Origin: an uncultured Bacteroidota bacterium | GTDB lineage: Bacteria; Bacteroidota; Bacteroidia; Bacteroidales; M50B96 | Assembly (NCBI GenBank): GCA_937954085.1 | Contig: CALGAK010000125.1 | Location: forward strand, 43,224-107,223 | Reading direction: 5' to 3' | Length of the DNA: 64,000 bases | In this document: positions 29,226-38,837 of the stretch, piece after piece | Layout of the letters: every line of letters starts with the position of its first letter | Numbering within the stretch: the first letter of the stretch is position 1 | Translations under genes and position numbers: made by a program | The notes under the pieces: generated by a model | Seen by the model: the letters and a program-made list of their open reading frames with translations, nothing else | What the model was told of the DNA's origin: nothing | The model's database searches: none

Positions 29226-31187
29226 CTAGTTTGTTGTTTTTGGGTTTTCAATTCGATCGATTAAGGCGCGCATTCGTAATAGTTCACCCACACTCATAGC
29301 ATAGCTAATGGCTCCGCCGGCTGCATGGGGTGGATCTCCATCGTGTATTTGAGAAATGGTACCCAGCGCATTTTTCGACATTTCTTCTTCGAAACCGAAG
29401 TATAGATTTTTAATCACATTCAAACCCGATTTCTCATAAACCCGCCAGTAAGCATCGGCAAAAGCACCTAATAGCCATGGCCAGGCAGTACCCTGATGAA
29501 AGGCTTGTTCCCGTTCATCGGCATTACCCGAATAATATCCTTTGTAATGAGGATGTTGCGGACTCAAAGTTCTTACTCCTCTTTCAGTAAGCAATTCATT
29601 CTTAACCATATCGACCACCTCTTTCATCTGATCGAGGGTAAGCATGGTGTAGGGAAGCGAGACTGCGAATAGCATATTGGGACGCACCGACCAATCGGTT
29701 TTCAAATCGTGAGCATAATCGGCTAAGTATTTTCGGTCTCGATTCCAAAAAGTTCTTAGAAATGATCTTTTCACACGTTCAGGTTCCGCTTTCCACGCTT
29801 CAGTAAATTCTTTCTCTTTCAAGCGTTTTGCTAATTCCAGAGCAAATTCAATGGCATTGTACCACAAGGCATTAATCTCGACGGTAAAACCACGGCGCGG
29901 AGTTACGGGTCCTTTCGCAGTGTAGGCATCCATCCAGGTTAGCGCTATTCCTTCCTGACCTTGCCAGATAAGTCCATTTTCCGCTTGATGGATATTGAAA
30001 TCCGTTCCTTTTCGGTAAGATTCTAAAATAAGGCTGATAACCGGCCAATAGCTTTTAGCAATCTCGGATTTTTTGGCTGAAGCATGATACAATTGCTGAA
30101 CCGACCAGATAAACCACAAAGGAGAATCGGCTGCTTCGTATTTCATTTGAACCCCACGACCCACTGTTGGAAAAAGAGGACCATTCATGTCCCGAATCAT
30201 CGAATCCAGAACCTGACGATAGGTTTTGGTATTATCGTCGGTAAGGAGTAAACCGGGAAGCGAAATAAAGGTATCTCTACCTCCACGACCATACCAAGGA
30301 TAACCGGCCATGATTTCGGATTTTCCTTCGAAGTTTACCAGAAATTGTTGAGCCGCATTCTTCAAATTGTTATCGAAACTATCGCGAGGGACGCGTGATT
30401 GGAGTTCTTTGGTAAAATAACGGGTAATACTGCTCGGTGTATTTTCCTTCAAGCCGGCCGAGAAGATAATCGATTCATCTTTTTTAATGGAGAATTCGAA
30501 AAAGCCCGGAACAAATAAATCTTCGCGGAACTCATATCCTCTTTTTTCTTCTTCGATGTATTCGATATTTCGGTACCAATCGGGAACAGAAATAAACTCT
30601 GCCTTTTTATTGGTTTGCATGTGCAAGAAAGGATAGCCTTCGTAGAGTTTAATTTTGATTCCATTGGGAATATGATCGAACCGGGTATTTGCATACAAGT
30701 TCTCTTTACTTAACTGATGCACATTCCGAAAAGCCAGAAAAGGTTGCAGACGAATCTTGGTTGGGCTGTGAGCATCGAGCAAGGTATATCGGATTAGAAT
30801 ACGCTCATCGTTTTGAACTAAGAGGGTTTCTCGTTTCAACTTAACCCCACCAACCCGATAGATGATGGCCGGAATAGGGTCGAGTTCAAAATCCATGGCA
30901 TACTTATGTCCTTTGGGTTCCCAATTATTTCCCTGGTATTTATGCAATCCGAGACGAAACTCGGCACCACGCTGAATAATCGTTTCATCCAAATCGGATA
31001 AAATTACATGATTATCGAAATCGAGGTTCGGAACCGGAGAAACCAATAGGCCATGGTATTTCCGTGTATTGGAACCAATAAGCGTGGTGTTTGAATAGGA
31101 ACCGGCCCGGTTGGAGCGGAGTAATTCCAATCCAAGCGATTGTTCCAAATTAATCAATTGCTGTTTATTAATTTTTAGATAGCTCAT
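29226..31187 (-). CDS. Amylo-alpha-1,6-glucosidase / archaeal-type glycogen debranching enzyme
   Basis: The N-domain contains GSNTRKYHGLLV. The C-terminal (alpha/alpha)6 GDE_C-like region contains TWMDA...PVTPRRG...EINALWYNA. Confidence 0.85.
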   Translation of the reverse strand: MSYLKINKQQLINLEQSLGLELLRSNRAGSYSNTTLIGSNTRKYHGLLVSPVPNLDFDNHVILSDLDETIIQRGAEFRLGLHKYQGNNWEPKGHKYAMDFELDPIPAIIYRVGGVKLKRETLLVQNDERILIRYTLLDAHSPTKIRLQPFLAFRNVHQLSKENLYANTRFDHIPNGIKIKLYEGYPFLHMQTNKKAEFISVPDWYRNIEYIEEEKRGYEFREDLFVPGFFEFSIKKDESIIFSAGLKENTPSSITRYFTKELQSRVPRDSFDNNLKNAAQQFLVNFEGKSEIMAGYPWYGRGGRDTFISLPGLLLTDDNTKTYRQVLDSMIRDMNGPLFPTVGRGVQMKYEAADSPLWFIWSVQQLYHASAKKSEIAKSYWPVISLILESYRKGTDFNIHQAENGLIWQGQEGIALTWMDAYTAKGPVTPRRGFTVEINALWYNAIEFALELAKRLKEKEFTEAWKAEPERVKRSFLRTFWNRDRKYLADYAHDLKTDWSVRPNMLFAVSLPYTMLTLDQMKEVVDMVKNELLTERGVRTLSPQHPHYKGYYSGNADEREQAFHQGTAWPWLLGAFADAYWRVYEKSGLNVIKNLYFGFEEEMSKNALGTISQIHDGDPPHAAGGAISYAMSVGELLRMRALIDRIENPKTTN

Positions 31188-31280
31188 AATTTTTCTGGTA
31201 TGGATAATTATGATTGCACTTTCCTTCTAAAGAACTTAAATGGCTAGTGTTCAACATTTTTTTACCCTGCAAAGAAAAGC

Positions 31281-31303
31281 AAAAAAACCCGATATAGCGG
31301 GGG
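31281..31303 (-). terminator. Weak candidate terminator downstream of ruvB
   Basis: On the minus strand, CCCG-ctatat-CGGG is followed by T7. The stem is short. Confidence 0.3.
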
Positions 31304-31373
31304 ACATAAGAATTATTTAAAGCTTAAATGCCGAAGCGGATTGCAAACGATTGCAAGGATAATTGGTTCACGA

Positions 31374-32402
31374 TTAATCGAATAAACCAACCTGTAATCC
31401 GGGGGGAATTTTATCCAAATGACGGTATGCTAACTCCGTTGCTTCGCGTCCGCGTGGCGTTCGTTTGATGAATCCTTGTTTAATTAAAAAAGGTTCATAC
31501 ACCTCTTCGATGGTACCAGGATCTTCGCTTAGAGCCGTGGCAATGGTATTGAGCCCTACCGGACCCCCTTTGAACTTATCGATAATAGTGAGCAGAATCT
31601 TGTTATCCACCTCATCGAGTCCATATTTATCGATGTTGAGTGCTTCGAGTGCAAAACGTGTGATTTCAATTTCGATAGTACCATCGGATTTGACCTGAGC
31701 AAAATCGCGCACACGTCGGAGTAAAGCATTCGCAATACGGGGCGTTCCTCTGCTGCGGCGAGCAATTTCTTGTGCTGCCTGGTCGGTAATGGGTACGTTT
31801 AAAATTAGAGCCGAACGCTTGATTATCCCCGACAGGATCGAAGCATCGTAGTATTCCAAATGAGCATTGATACCAAAACGGGCACGGAGCGGACTGGTAA
31901 GCAATCCACTTCGGGTAGTAGCACCAATCAATGTAAAAGGTTGTAAATCAATTTGAATAGAACGAGCAGAAGGACCTTTATCTATCATGATATCGATGCG
32001 AAAATCTTCCATAGCAGAATACAAATATTCCTCTACAATGGGAGATAAACGATGAATTTCGTCGATGAAAAGCACTTCATTTTCTTCCAGATTGGTAAGA
32101 AGGCCGGCCAAATCGCCGGGTTTATCCAGAACAGGACCCGAAGTAAGCTTCAAGCTCACATTCAGCTCGTTGGCAATAATATTGGCTAAGGTAGTTTTGC
32201 CCAAACCCGGAGGTCCATGCAGCAACACGTGGTCGAGCGATTCGCGACGTTGTTTAGCGGCGGCAACAAAGATTCTCAAATTTTCTACAATCTTCGATTG
32301 GCCATTGAACTGGGTAAAATCAGCCGGACGTAGCTGTTTTTCCATTTCATTATCCGAACGAAAGGAATCGTCGTTGCGCAAATCGAAGTGTTCCGAAGTC
32401 AT
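31374..32402 (-). CDS. ruvB: Holliday junction branch-migration helicase RuvB
   Basis: Diagnostic motifs are Walker A ([11 protein letters not shown]), Walker B (LFIDEIHRL) and [18 protein letters not shown]. Confidence 0.95.
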   Translation of the reverse strand: MTSEHFDLRNDDSFRSDNEMEKQLRPADFTQFNGQSKIVENLRIFVAAAKQRRESLDHVLLHGPPGLGKTTLANIIANELNVSLKLTSGPVLDKPGDLAGLLTNLEENEVLFIDEIHRLSPIVEEYLYSAMEDFRIDIMIDKGPSARSIQIDLQPFTLIGATTRSGLLTSPLRARFGINAHLEYYDASILSGIIKRSALILNVPITDQAAQEIARRSRGTPRIANALLRRVRDFAQVKSDGTIEIEITRFALEALNIDKYGLDEVDNKILLTIIDKFKGGPVGLNTIATALSEDPGTIEEVYEPFLIKQGFIKRTPRGREATELAYRHLDKIPPGLQVGLFD

Positions 32403-32447
32403 AGATTAATTTTACTAAAGGCCAAATGTATTAAAACCACGAAATTC

Positions 32448-33992
32448 TTACTCATCATCGGATTGGATATCTTTTCCGTTTACACGAATTTCTTTATCGT
32501 CTCTATAAGTAATTGATAAATAAAGTGTTCCATCTTCATTAAATTGTCTCCAAGTTTTCTCCCGACTACCGTAGATGTAGTATTTCTCCCATTCGGTTTT
32601 ACCATTTTCGTAATACCAAACCTGTTTGCCGTCTTCTTGTCCTTGTATGAAATTGCCTTTAAACTTCAGTTCACCATTGGTGTAATAATATTTCCACGTT
32701 CCTTCTTTGAAACCATTGATATATTGGCCTTTTTCTACATGGTCGCCCACTTGATGCATCCAGGTTCCTTCCCTTAATCCATCGATGTATTCCCCCTGAT
32801 CGATAATAGTACCATCTTTCAAATATTCGATGCTCATGCCATTTTCTTTCCCCCGAAAAAATTCTTCGGTTCTCCAAATCTCTCCTGTTTCGTAGTACCA
32901 AGTCCATGGACCTTGAAAACGATCGTTGGAAAAGGAACCCCGCTGCTCTACCTGACCTCCCGGAAAATAGTAAACCCATTCTCCATTCTTCTTGCCATTT
33001 TTGTAAGTCCCTAGAGCTTTAACACTGCCATCGGAATAAAACTCTTTCCATTTGCCCGATTTTTTTGCATTCTCGTCGAGTATTCCTTCCGCAAGCAACA
33101 ATCCGGTGTCGTCGAATTCCTTAGCAAGCTCAATGCTGCCATCTTTCCGATAGTACCGATGCATACCAACCGGAATCGTATCGATATAGCCACCAGCTTG
33201 CTTAAGTGTACCATTCGGATAAAAATCCTTTTGATAACTAACTGCATCTTGTGTTTCCATTTTCTCCACAATGGCAACACCCTGATCGTAACGAAGTACT
33301 TTGATTAGCTGACCTCTCGAATCGTACTCTTTAAAGGTTCCGTGGAGTAAACCATTATCGTAATTCGCTTCTGTTTTAAGCTGATTATTTGGATGAAAAC
33401 TTTTCCAAACTCCATTCTTTTCACCTTGCTGATTGAATCGATTAATGACTTCGCGATGGAGAAGAATATTATTCCGATAGTTTAAAATAGTAACCAGATT
33501 ACCTGCTGTATCGTACTCTTTTGTAAGACCTTGCTTTACTCCATTTTCATAATTCACTTCCTGAAATAGAAAACCATTGCGATAGTATTCGCTTACCAAT
33601 TCCTGCTGATTATTGAAAAAGAGTTCCCTGAACAGAAGCTGCCGGATTTTCTTGCCTTTATCGTTGGTAAAATATTCGTATCGAATATGATAGCCATTCT
33701 TCATGTCTTTCCGGTAATCGATAATTTCCAAGGTATCACCTTCTTCGTTGTAAAAAACCCAAGGTCCATCGAGCTGAAAAAACTTACGATTCCCCTCCGA
33801 CTTTAAGTTGCCATTTGGGTAATAGTTTTTCCAATATCCATTGGGTTTGCCATTTTCGAGATAACCTTCACTTGCCAGCGTGCTGTCTGGATGATAAAAA
33901 CGAACGTATTCTCCTTCGGAAGCTGCAGGGTTTTGTGCCGTTAAACTCCAAGGAAAGACAAAGAAAAGGAAAAGCCCAAACAGCGTTTTCAT
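32448..33992 (-). CDS. Secreted MORN-variant (YwqK-like) repeat protein
   Basis: A signal peptide is followed by about 20 iterations of the G.W..YY.NG.....G.Y..G...G.W pattern. Confidence 0.75.
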   Translation of the reverse strand: MKTLFGLFLFFVFPWSLTAQNPAASEGEYVRFYHPDSTLASEGYLENGKPNGYWKNYYPNGNLKSEGNRKFFQLDGPWVFYNEEGDTLEIIDYRKDMKNGYHIRYEYFTNDKGKKIRQLLFRELFFNNQQELVSEYYRNGFLFQEVNYENGVKQGLTKEYDTAGNLVTILNYRNNILLHREVINRFNQQGEKNGVWKSFHPNNQLKTEANYDNGLLHGTFKEYDSRGQLIKVLRYDQGVAIVEKMETQDAVSYQKDFYPNGTLKQAGGYIDTIPVGMHRYYRKDGSIELAKEFDDTGLLLAEGILDENAKKSGKWKEFYSDGSVKALGTYKNGKKNGEWVYYFPGGQVEQRGSFSNDRFQGPWTWYYETGEIWRTEEFFRGKENGMSIEYLKDGTIIDQGEYIDGLREGTWMHQVGDHVEKGQYINGFKEGTWKYYYTNGELKFKGNFIQGQEDGKQVWYYENGKTEWEKYYIYGSREKTWRQFNEDGTLYLSITYRDDKEIRVNGKDIQSDDE

Positions 33993-34009
33993 AGCTTATT
34001 TCTAATTTG

Positions 34010-35014
34010 TTACAAACCCAAATGTTCCGAAATTTCGAGCATTTTTAAAATGGGTTTTTCGGCTTTAATTCGAATGGCTTCATCTAAAACTACTTCGGGC
34101 AATTCATATTTCATGCAAGTATATAATTTTTGTAAAGTATTCAATTTCATATACATACAATCATTACAAGCACAAGTTGAATCGTTTGGAGGAGCGGGAA
34201 TGAATAGTTTATCGGGATTTGCCTTCTGCATTTGGTGAATGATACCCGATTCGGTGGCAACAATGAATTTTTGTTTATCGGATTGAATCGTAAATTTCAA
34301 TAAAGATGCGGTAGATCCGATATGATCGGCTACCATCAAAACAGGTTTTTCACATTCGGGATGTGCAATGGTGAGCGCGTCGGGGTTTTCTTGTTGCAGC
34401 TTGAGAATTTTCTCCAAGCTGAATTGTTCGTGTACATGACAAGCTCCATCCCATAAAACCATATTACGACCTGTAATGCTATTCAGGTAGTTCCCTAAGT
34501 TTTTATCCGGGGCAAAAATGATGTCTTGATCGGCTGGAATGGAATCGATAATGTGTTTTGCATTTGTGGAGGTACACACAATATCGGTTTGGGCTTTAAT
34601 GGCTGCACTGGTATTCACATAAGAAACCACCAGATGATTGGGATAATTTTTTTTAAAGGCAGCAAATTGATCGGCAGGTGCCGATTCAGCCAAAGAACAA
34701 CCCGCTTTTAAATCGGGGAGCAAGACTTTTTTATCGGGCGATAAAATTTTTGCCGTTTCAGCCATGAAGTGAACCCCGGCAAATACGATGATATCCGCCT
34801 TGGTTTTAGCTGCCTGTTGAGCTAAAGCGAGACTATCGCCCACAAAATCGGAAATGTCTTGAATCTCGGCAGTTTGATAGTAGTGACCCAAAATGACCGC
34901 ATTTTTTTCCCGCTTCATTTCCTGAATAGCTTCGACCAAATTAATACCCGGCTCGGGTGCAATGGATAAATATCCCAATCGGTCTAAATCGGATTTATTC
35001 ACAATCAATGACAT
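34010..35014 (-). CDS. nadA: Quinolinate synthase NadA
   Basis: Diagnostic segments are [23 protein letters not shown] and HPECE, with conserved Cys ligands. Confidence 0.9.
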   Translation of the reverse strand: MSLIVNKSDLDRLGYLSIAPEPGINLVEAIQEMKREKNAVILGHYYQTAEIQDISDFVGDSLALAQQAAKTKADIIVFAGVHFMAETAKILSPDKKVLLPDLKAGCSLAESAPADQFAAFKKNYPNHLVVSYVNTSAAIKAQTDIVCTSTNAKHIIDSIPADQDIIFAPDKNLGNYLNSITGRNMVLWDGACHVHEQFSLEKILKLQQENPDALTIAHPECEKPVLMVADHIGSTASLLKFTIQSDKQKFIVATESGIIHQMQKANPDKLFIPAPPNDSTCACNDCMYMKLNTLQKLYTCMKYELPEVVLDEAIRIKAEKPILKMLEISEHLGL

Positions 35015-35705
35015 ATTATAAATAATATAGATTAAAGATTTTAAAACTATGTTCTTATTATTATCCCGGTTAATTTCGTGGTAAAAGTCTTACATTTTAT
35101 TTGATTTTCCCATAATTAAGAAGCTATTCACAGGCTATTAACAATGCTTATTGTACTATAGTTTTGTGGCTCTTTTGCTTATCGTAATTTTCAACAAGTT
35201 GTTCATGATTGGCATGGTTCAAAAAAATGTGAGTCGATGCTCCTATTCGTAGGTTAATTTCATGTTAATAAATGATAAGCTTAATCTTAAAAAAAGTTCT
35301 TGCATCTTTTTAAAAAATGTATAAACCAAGATGTAATCGATATTTCCCAAGCATTTTTATCATTTTGTATCCGAAAATTATGAACGCTTTGTAAACAATT
35401 TCGACCACCTAATTAACAGCCTGGGAGGTCTTATTTCCCTGATGAGAATTCCCCACTCCATTCAAATTTTATAAATATTAACATATACAGATTTTTAGAT
35501 GTTTGTAATTTCGCAGCCGGAAAAAACGTCTCCAAGTGGAATCAATTATTCTCCCACCTGGATAGGTGTTTTGACAAGAAAGAAACATGATTGAAACAGA
35601 CTAGATGAAATTGGTAAAACTCAAAGCAGTAGTGTAATAAAAGATTAACAAGCTGTTTTCAGGTCTGATTTCGTTGGAACGAATACCTAAAATAAACAAA
35701 AACAA

Positions 35706-36272
35706 ATGAAAGCAATTGAATCCTTGAATGAGTGGAAAGATTGGTTGAAAGAACATCCAAATTCAGGTTTATTAATGTATAAATCGGGTTCGGAAATTAG
35801 TGAATGTGCTTTCGGAAAACTGGCCGGTTTAGAAACGAAATTAGCCTTAGCTTTTGTCGATGTAAGCCAAGTGCGCGATGTTCATCCCCAGTATCAAATT
35901 ACTTCGGCTCCAAGTTTATTATTATTTGAGCATACCCAAATGACACAAGTGGTTAAAGGCTGCATGGACGAAGATTATTACAAAGCTTTATTTGAAAAAT
36001 CGCTGTTTACTGCTTCCGGAGTTGAAGGGAAAAGGCAAAATCGGGTCATTTTGTACTCCACCCCTACGTGCAGTTGGTGTAATACCATTAAAGGCTATTT
36101 CAGGAAGCGTCAGGTTGCTTATCGAGAAATTGATGTGAGTAAAGATGATAAAGCCTTGCAAGAGATGGTACGCAAATCGGGTCAGCAAGGAGTGCCACAA
36201 ACCGATATTAACGGACAGGTAGTAGTTGGATTCGATCAGAAAAAAATCGATCAACTGCTCGGTCTTAACTAA
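35706..36272 (+). CDS. Two-domain redox protein: thioredoxin-fold N-domain lacking CxxC plus a glutaredoxin-like C-domain
   Basis: The C-domain VILYSTPTCSWCNTIKGYF...GVPQTDINGQVVVGFD is glutaredoxin/NrdH-like. The N-domain has a Trx-like layout but reads SECAFG where the active site would be. Confidence 0.65.
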   Translation: MKAIESLNEWKDWLKEHPNSGLLMYKSGSEISECAFGKLAGLETKLALAFVDVSQVRDVHPQYQITSAPSLLLFEHTQMTQVVKGCMDEDYYKALFEKSLFTASGVEGKRQNRVILYSTPTCSWCNTIKGYFRKRQVAYREIDVSKDDKALQEMVRKSGQQGVPQTDINGQVVVGFDQKKIDQLLGLN

Positions 36273-36365
36273 TTTTAGTGATTGCATCGTGGAAGGATTA
36301 TTATTTTCGCACGAAAATTTGAGTAGTCATAATTGCCGAATCGTAATTTAAAAACTTATACTGTC

Positions 36366-36647
36366 ATGAAAGAATTACAGCCATTAAATGAAAATGTTTT
36401 GGTCGAAATAGAAGTAAAAGAAGCCAAAACGAGCAGTGGAATTATCATACCCGATTCTGCACAAGAAAAACCTCAATATGCTAAGGTCATTGCGATTGGT
36501 AGCATTGAGAATGCGGGAATTAGTCTTGGAGATTATGTTTTCTTCAAGCAATATTCCGGAACCGAAGTTGAATTTGAAGGACGCAAACTCTTGTTTTTAC
36601 CTTACGCCGATTTATTGGCAAAAATTGTTGAAACCGAAGCCATTTAG
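36366..36647 (+). CDS. groS: GroES-family co-chaperonin (stand-alone; no groEL follows)
   Basis: MKELQPLNENVLVE...EAKTSSGIIIPDSAQEKPQYAKVIAIG...YSGTEVEFEGRKLL matches GroES, including the mobile loop. The start was moved from the tracked 36333 to the ATG at 36366. Confidence 0.8.
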   Translation: MKELQPLNENVLVEIEVKEAKTSSGIIIPDSAQEKPQYAKVIAIGSIENAGISLGDYVFFKQYSGTEVEFEGRKLLFLPYADLLAKIVETEAI

Positions 36648-36678
36648 GCTTTTCATAAAGTAAGTGCTCAATAATCGA

Positions 36679-36705
36679 AGGTTGCATTCAGGTGCAACCT
36701 TTTTC
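36679..36705 (+). terminator. Rho-independent terminator after groES
   Basis: AGGTTGCA-ttcagg-TGCAACCT is followed by TTTT. Confidence 0.7.
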
Positions 36706-36796
36706 ATTTCCGATAGCTTAGCATTTCAAATTGATAGAAGGAATCTATCTTTGTCGGCCTATTACATTTAGTATTCAATAAATTTCGCAAACGATC

Positions 36797-37231
36797 ATGA
36801 AACGATTGGCTTTTGCATGCGATCATGCTGGTTATCAAACCAAAAAGTATCTTATCGATATTTTGAAACAAAGAGGATATTCGATTATCGATTTTGGAAC
36901 GAATTCGGAAGAAAGTGCCGATTATCCCGATTTTGCCCATCCCATGGCACAAGCTGTAGTGAATAAGGATGCCGATTTTGGCATTTCTCTCTGTGGAAGT
37001 GGAAATGGAATTAATATGGTGGCCAATAAATACCCCGGTATTCGTTCAGCACTTTGTTGGGAACCGGAATTAGCTCGCTTGGCTCGCTTTCATAACGATG
37101 CTAATGTTTGTGCTTTACCAGCACGATTTGTTTCGCAAGACGATGCACTTAGTATTGTTGAAGCATTTTTATCGACCGATTTTGAAGGAGGAAGGCACAT
37201 TGCGCGTATCGAAAAAATTCCTATTGGCTAG
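36797..37231 (+). CDS. rpiB: Ribose-5-phosphate isomerase B
   Basis: Diagnostic segments are MKRLAFACDHAGYQTKKYL and GISLCGSGNGINMVANK. Confidence 0.9.
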   Translation: MKRLAFACDHAGYQTKKYLIDILKQRGYSIIDFGTNSEESADYPDFAHPMAQAVVNKDADFGISLCGSGNGINMVANKYPGIRSALCWEPELARLARFHNDANVCALPARFVSQDDALSIVEAFLSTDFEGGRHIARIEKIPIG

Positions 37232-37361
37232 TATTTATCAGAATAATTATTGGTCGCTTGGGGGAATGCTGTTTAGCGGAAGCATGCCAAGATTTATGTT
37301 AAATTGCGACGTAAATTTTTGAACGATTTTACTTTTATAAGTGACATAAAATTCAGCCATT

Positions 37362-37799
37362 ATGCTATCGAATACATGTAAGTACGGAATACGAGCCATG
37401 GTTTATCTAGCGGTACATGCCAGCGAAGGAAAAAAAATTGGGATTAAAAAAATATCCGACGATTTAGATATCCCCACCCCCTTTCTAGGAAAAATCCTCC
37501 AAATGTTAACCAAAAAAGGCTTCCTGAGTTCCTTAAAAGGTCCTCATGGTGGGTTTGGTATTGGCAAAGATCCAAACGAAATTTCGCTCTACGATGTGGT
37601 TCTCCTCATCGACGGTGAAGGAATTTTTACAGGTTGTTTAGTAGGAATTCGCAGTTGCGAAGAAAGTGGTAAACCCAAATGTGCCATTCACGACGATTAC
37701 GTCCCCATTCGAAACGATATCAAAAAATTATTTCAAAAAAGAACCATTGCTTACCTTGCATCCATCTACGATGCCGACGAAGGTTTAGTGGGCTTATAA
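37362..37799 (+). CDS. Rrf2-family transcriptional regulator (possible Fe-S ligating Cys triad)
   Basis: The winged HTH reads CKYGIRAMVYLA...ISDDLDIPTPFLGKILQMLTKKGFL. Three Cys residues lie in GCLVGIRSCEESGKPKC. Confidence 0.85.
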   Translation: MLSNTCKYGIRAMVYLAVHASEGKKIGIKKISDDLDIPTPFLGKILQMLTKKGFLSSLKGPHGGFGIGKDPNEISLYDVVLLIDGEGIFTGCLVGIRSCEESGKPKCAIHDDYVPIRNDIKKLFQKRTIAYLASIYDADEGLVGL

Positions 37800-38831
37800 T
37801 TAACTGCTTATTTCGCCGCTAATGTTGCTTTGCAGCAAGGCTATCTGTTTCTGGCGTTCTGTTTCTTTTCCAAGTACAAACATCAACTTTGCCAACGCAG
37901 CTTCGCTCGTTATATCGTGACCCGAAATAACCCCAATATCCAATAATTTTAGAGAGGTGTCGTATCGACCCATTTGTACACTACCTGCACTGCATTGGGT
38001 TACATTTAAAATTATTTTCCCTTGGTCGATGGCATGCTCTATAGCTTCTAGAAACCAAGGAGAAGTGCTAGCGTTTCCAGCACCATAGGTTTCCATTACT
38101 AAAGCTTTTATATCGGGATTGTGTAAAATACATTGGGCATATTCGGCCGACATTCCCGGAAATATTTTCAAAATACCTACTCGATTATCCAGTTGGGTAT
38201 GAATTACTAAATCCTTTATAAGAGCTGGATAATGAATACTTTGATAATTGAATTTAATTTCGATTCCAGCCTCGGCTAAAGGAGGGTAATTGGGTGAATG
38301 AAAGGCATTGAAATGTTCTGCGCTGTATTTACTGGTTCTATTTCCGCGAAATAATCGGTACTCAAAATATATGCACACTTCCGGCACCAGAGCCATTCCA
38401 TTTTGTTTTTTTGCAGCAATTTCAATCGCGGTAATTAAGTTTTCCTTTCCATCGGTGCGAATCTTTCCAATCGGTAATTGCGAACCCGTTAGAATAACCG
38501 GTTTATATTGATTCTCCAGTAAAAAACTTAAAGCCGATGCAGTATAAGCCATGGTGTCGGTTCCATGAAGAATAACAAAGCCATCGAAGCGATCGTAATG
38601 TTCTTTTAGGATTTCAGCCAGTTGGATCCATATTTTCGGATCCATGTTCGAACTATCCACTATCGGATTAAAACTCAAAGTTTCCAAGTGATATCCAAAT
38701 GCTTTTAGTTCAGGAACCTGCTTTAAAATGTGATCGAAGTCGAAAGGTCGGAGGGTTCCTCGAACCGGATCTTCAACCATTCCGATGGTTCCTCCGGTAT
38801 AAATAATCAAAACAGACGGACGTTGATTCAT
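37800..38831 (-). CDS. ansA: Type I L-asparaginase
   Basis: Diagnostic segments are VLIIYTGGTIGM and ILHGTDTMAYTASAL. Confidence 0.88.
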   Translation of the reverse strand: MNQRPSVLIIYTGGTIGMVEDPVRGTLRPFDFDHILKQVPELKAFGYHLETLSFNPIVDSSNMDPKIWIQLAEILKEHYDRFDGFVILHGTDTMAYTASALSFLLENQYKPVILTGSQLPIGKIRTDGKENLITAIEIAAKKQNGMALVPEVCIYFEYRLFRGNRTSKYSAEHFNAFHSPNYPPLAEAGIEIKFNYQSIHYPALIKDLVIHTQLDNRVGILKIFPGMSAEYAQCILHNPDIKALVMETYGAGNASTSPWFLEAIEHAIDQGKIILNVTQCSAGSVQMGRYDTSLKLLDIGVISGHDITSEAALAKLMFVLGKETERQKQIALLQSNISGEISS

Positions 38832-38837
38832 GCTGTG

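Noticed and set aside
32544-33280. Several 77-102 aa ORFs lie on both strands inside the MORN-repeat gene.
   Set aside because: They are by-products of the periodic repeat DNA, with no start context or motif. The 514-aa frame explains the region.
35439-35446. The sequence CTGATGAG, identical to the hammerhead ribozyme core, lies inside the long non-coding region.
   Set aside because: There is no GAAA box, no GUC/UH cleavage-site context and no stems I-III that would complete a hammerhead. It is most likely a chance 8-mer in AT-rich DNA.
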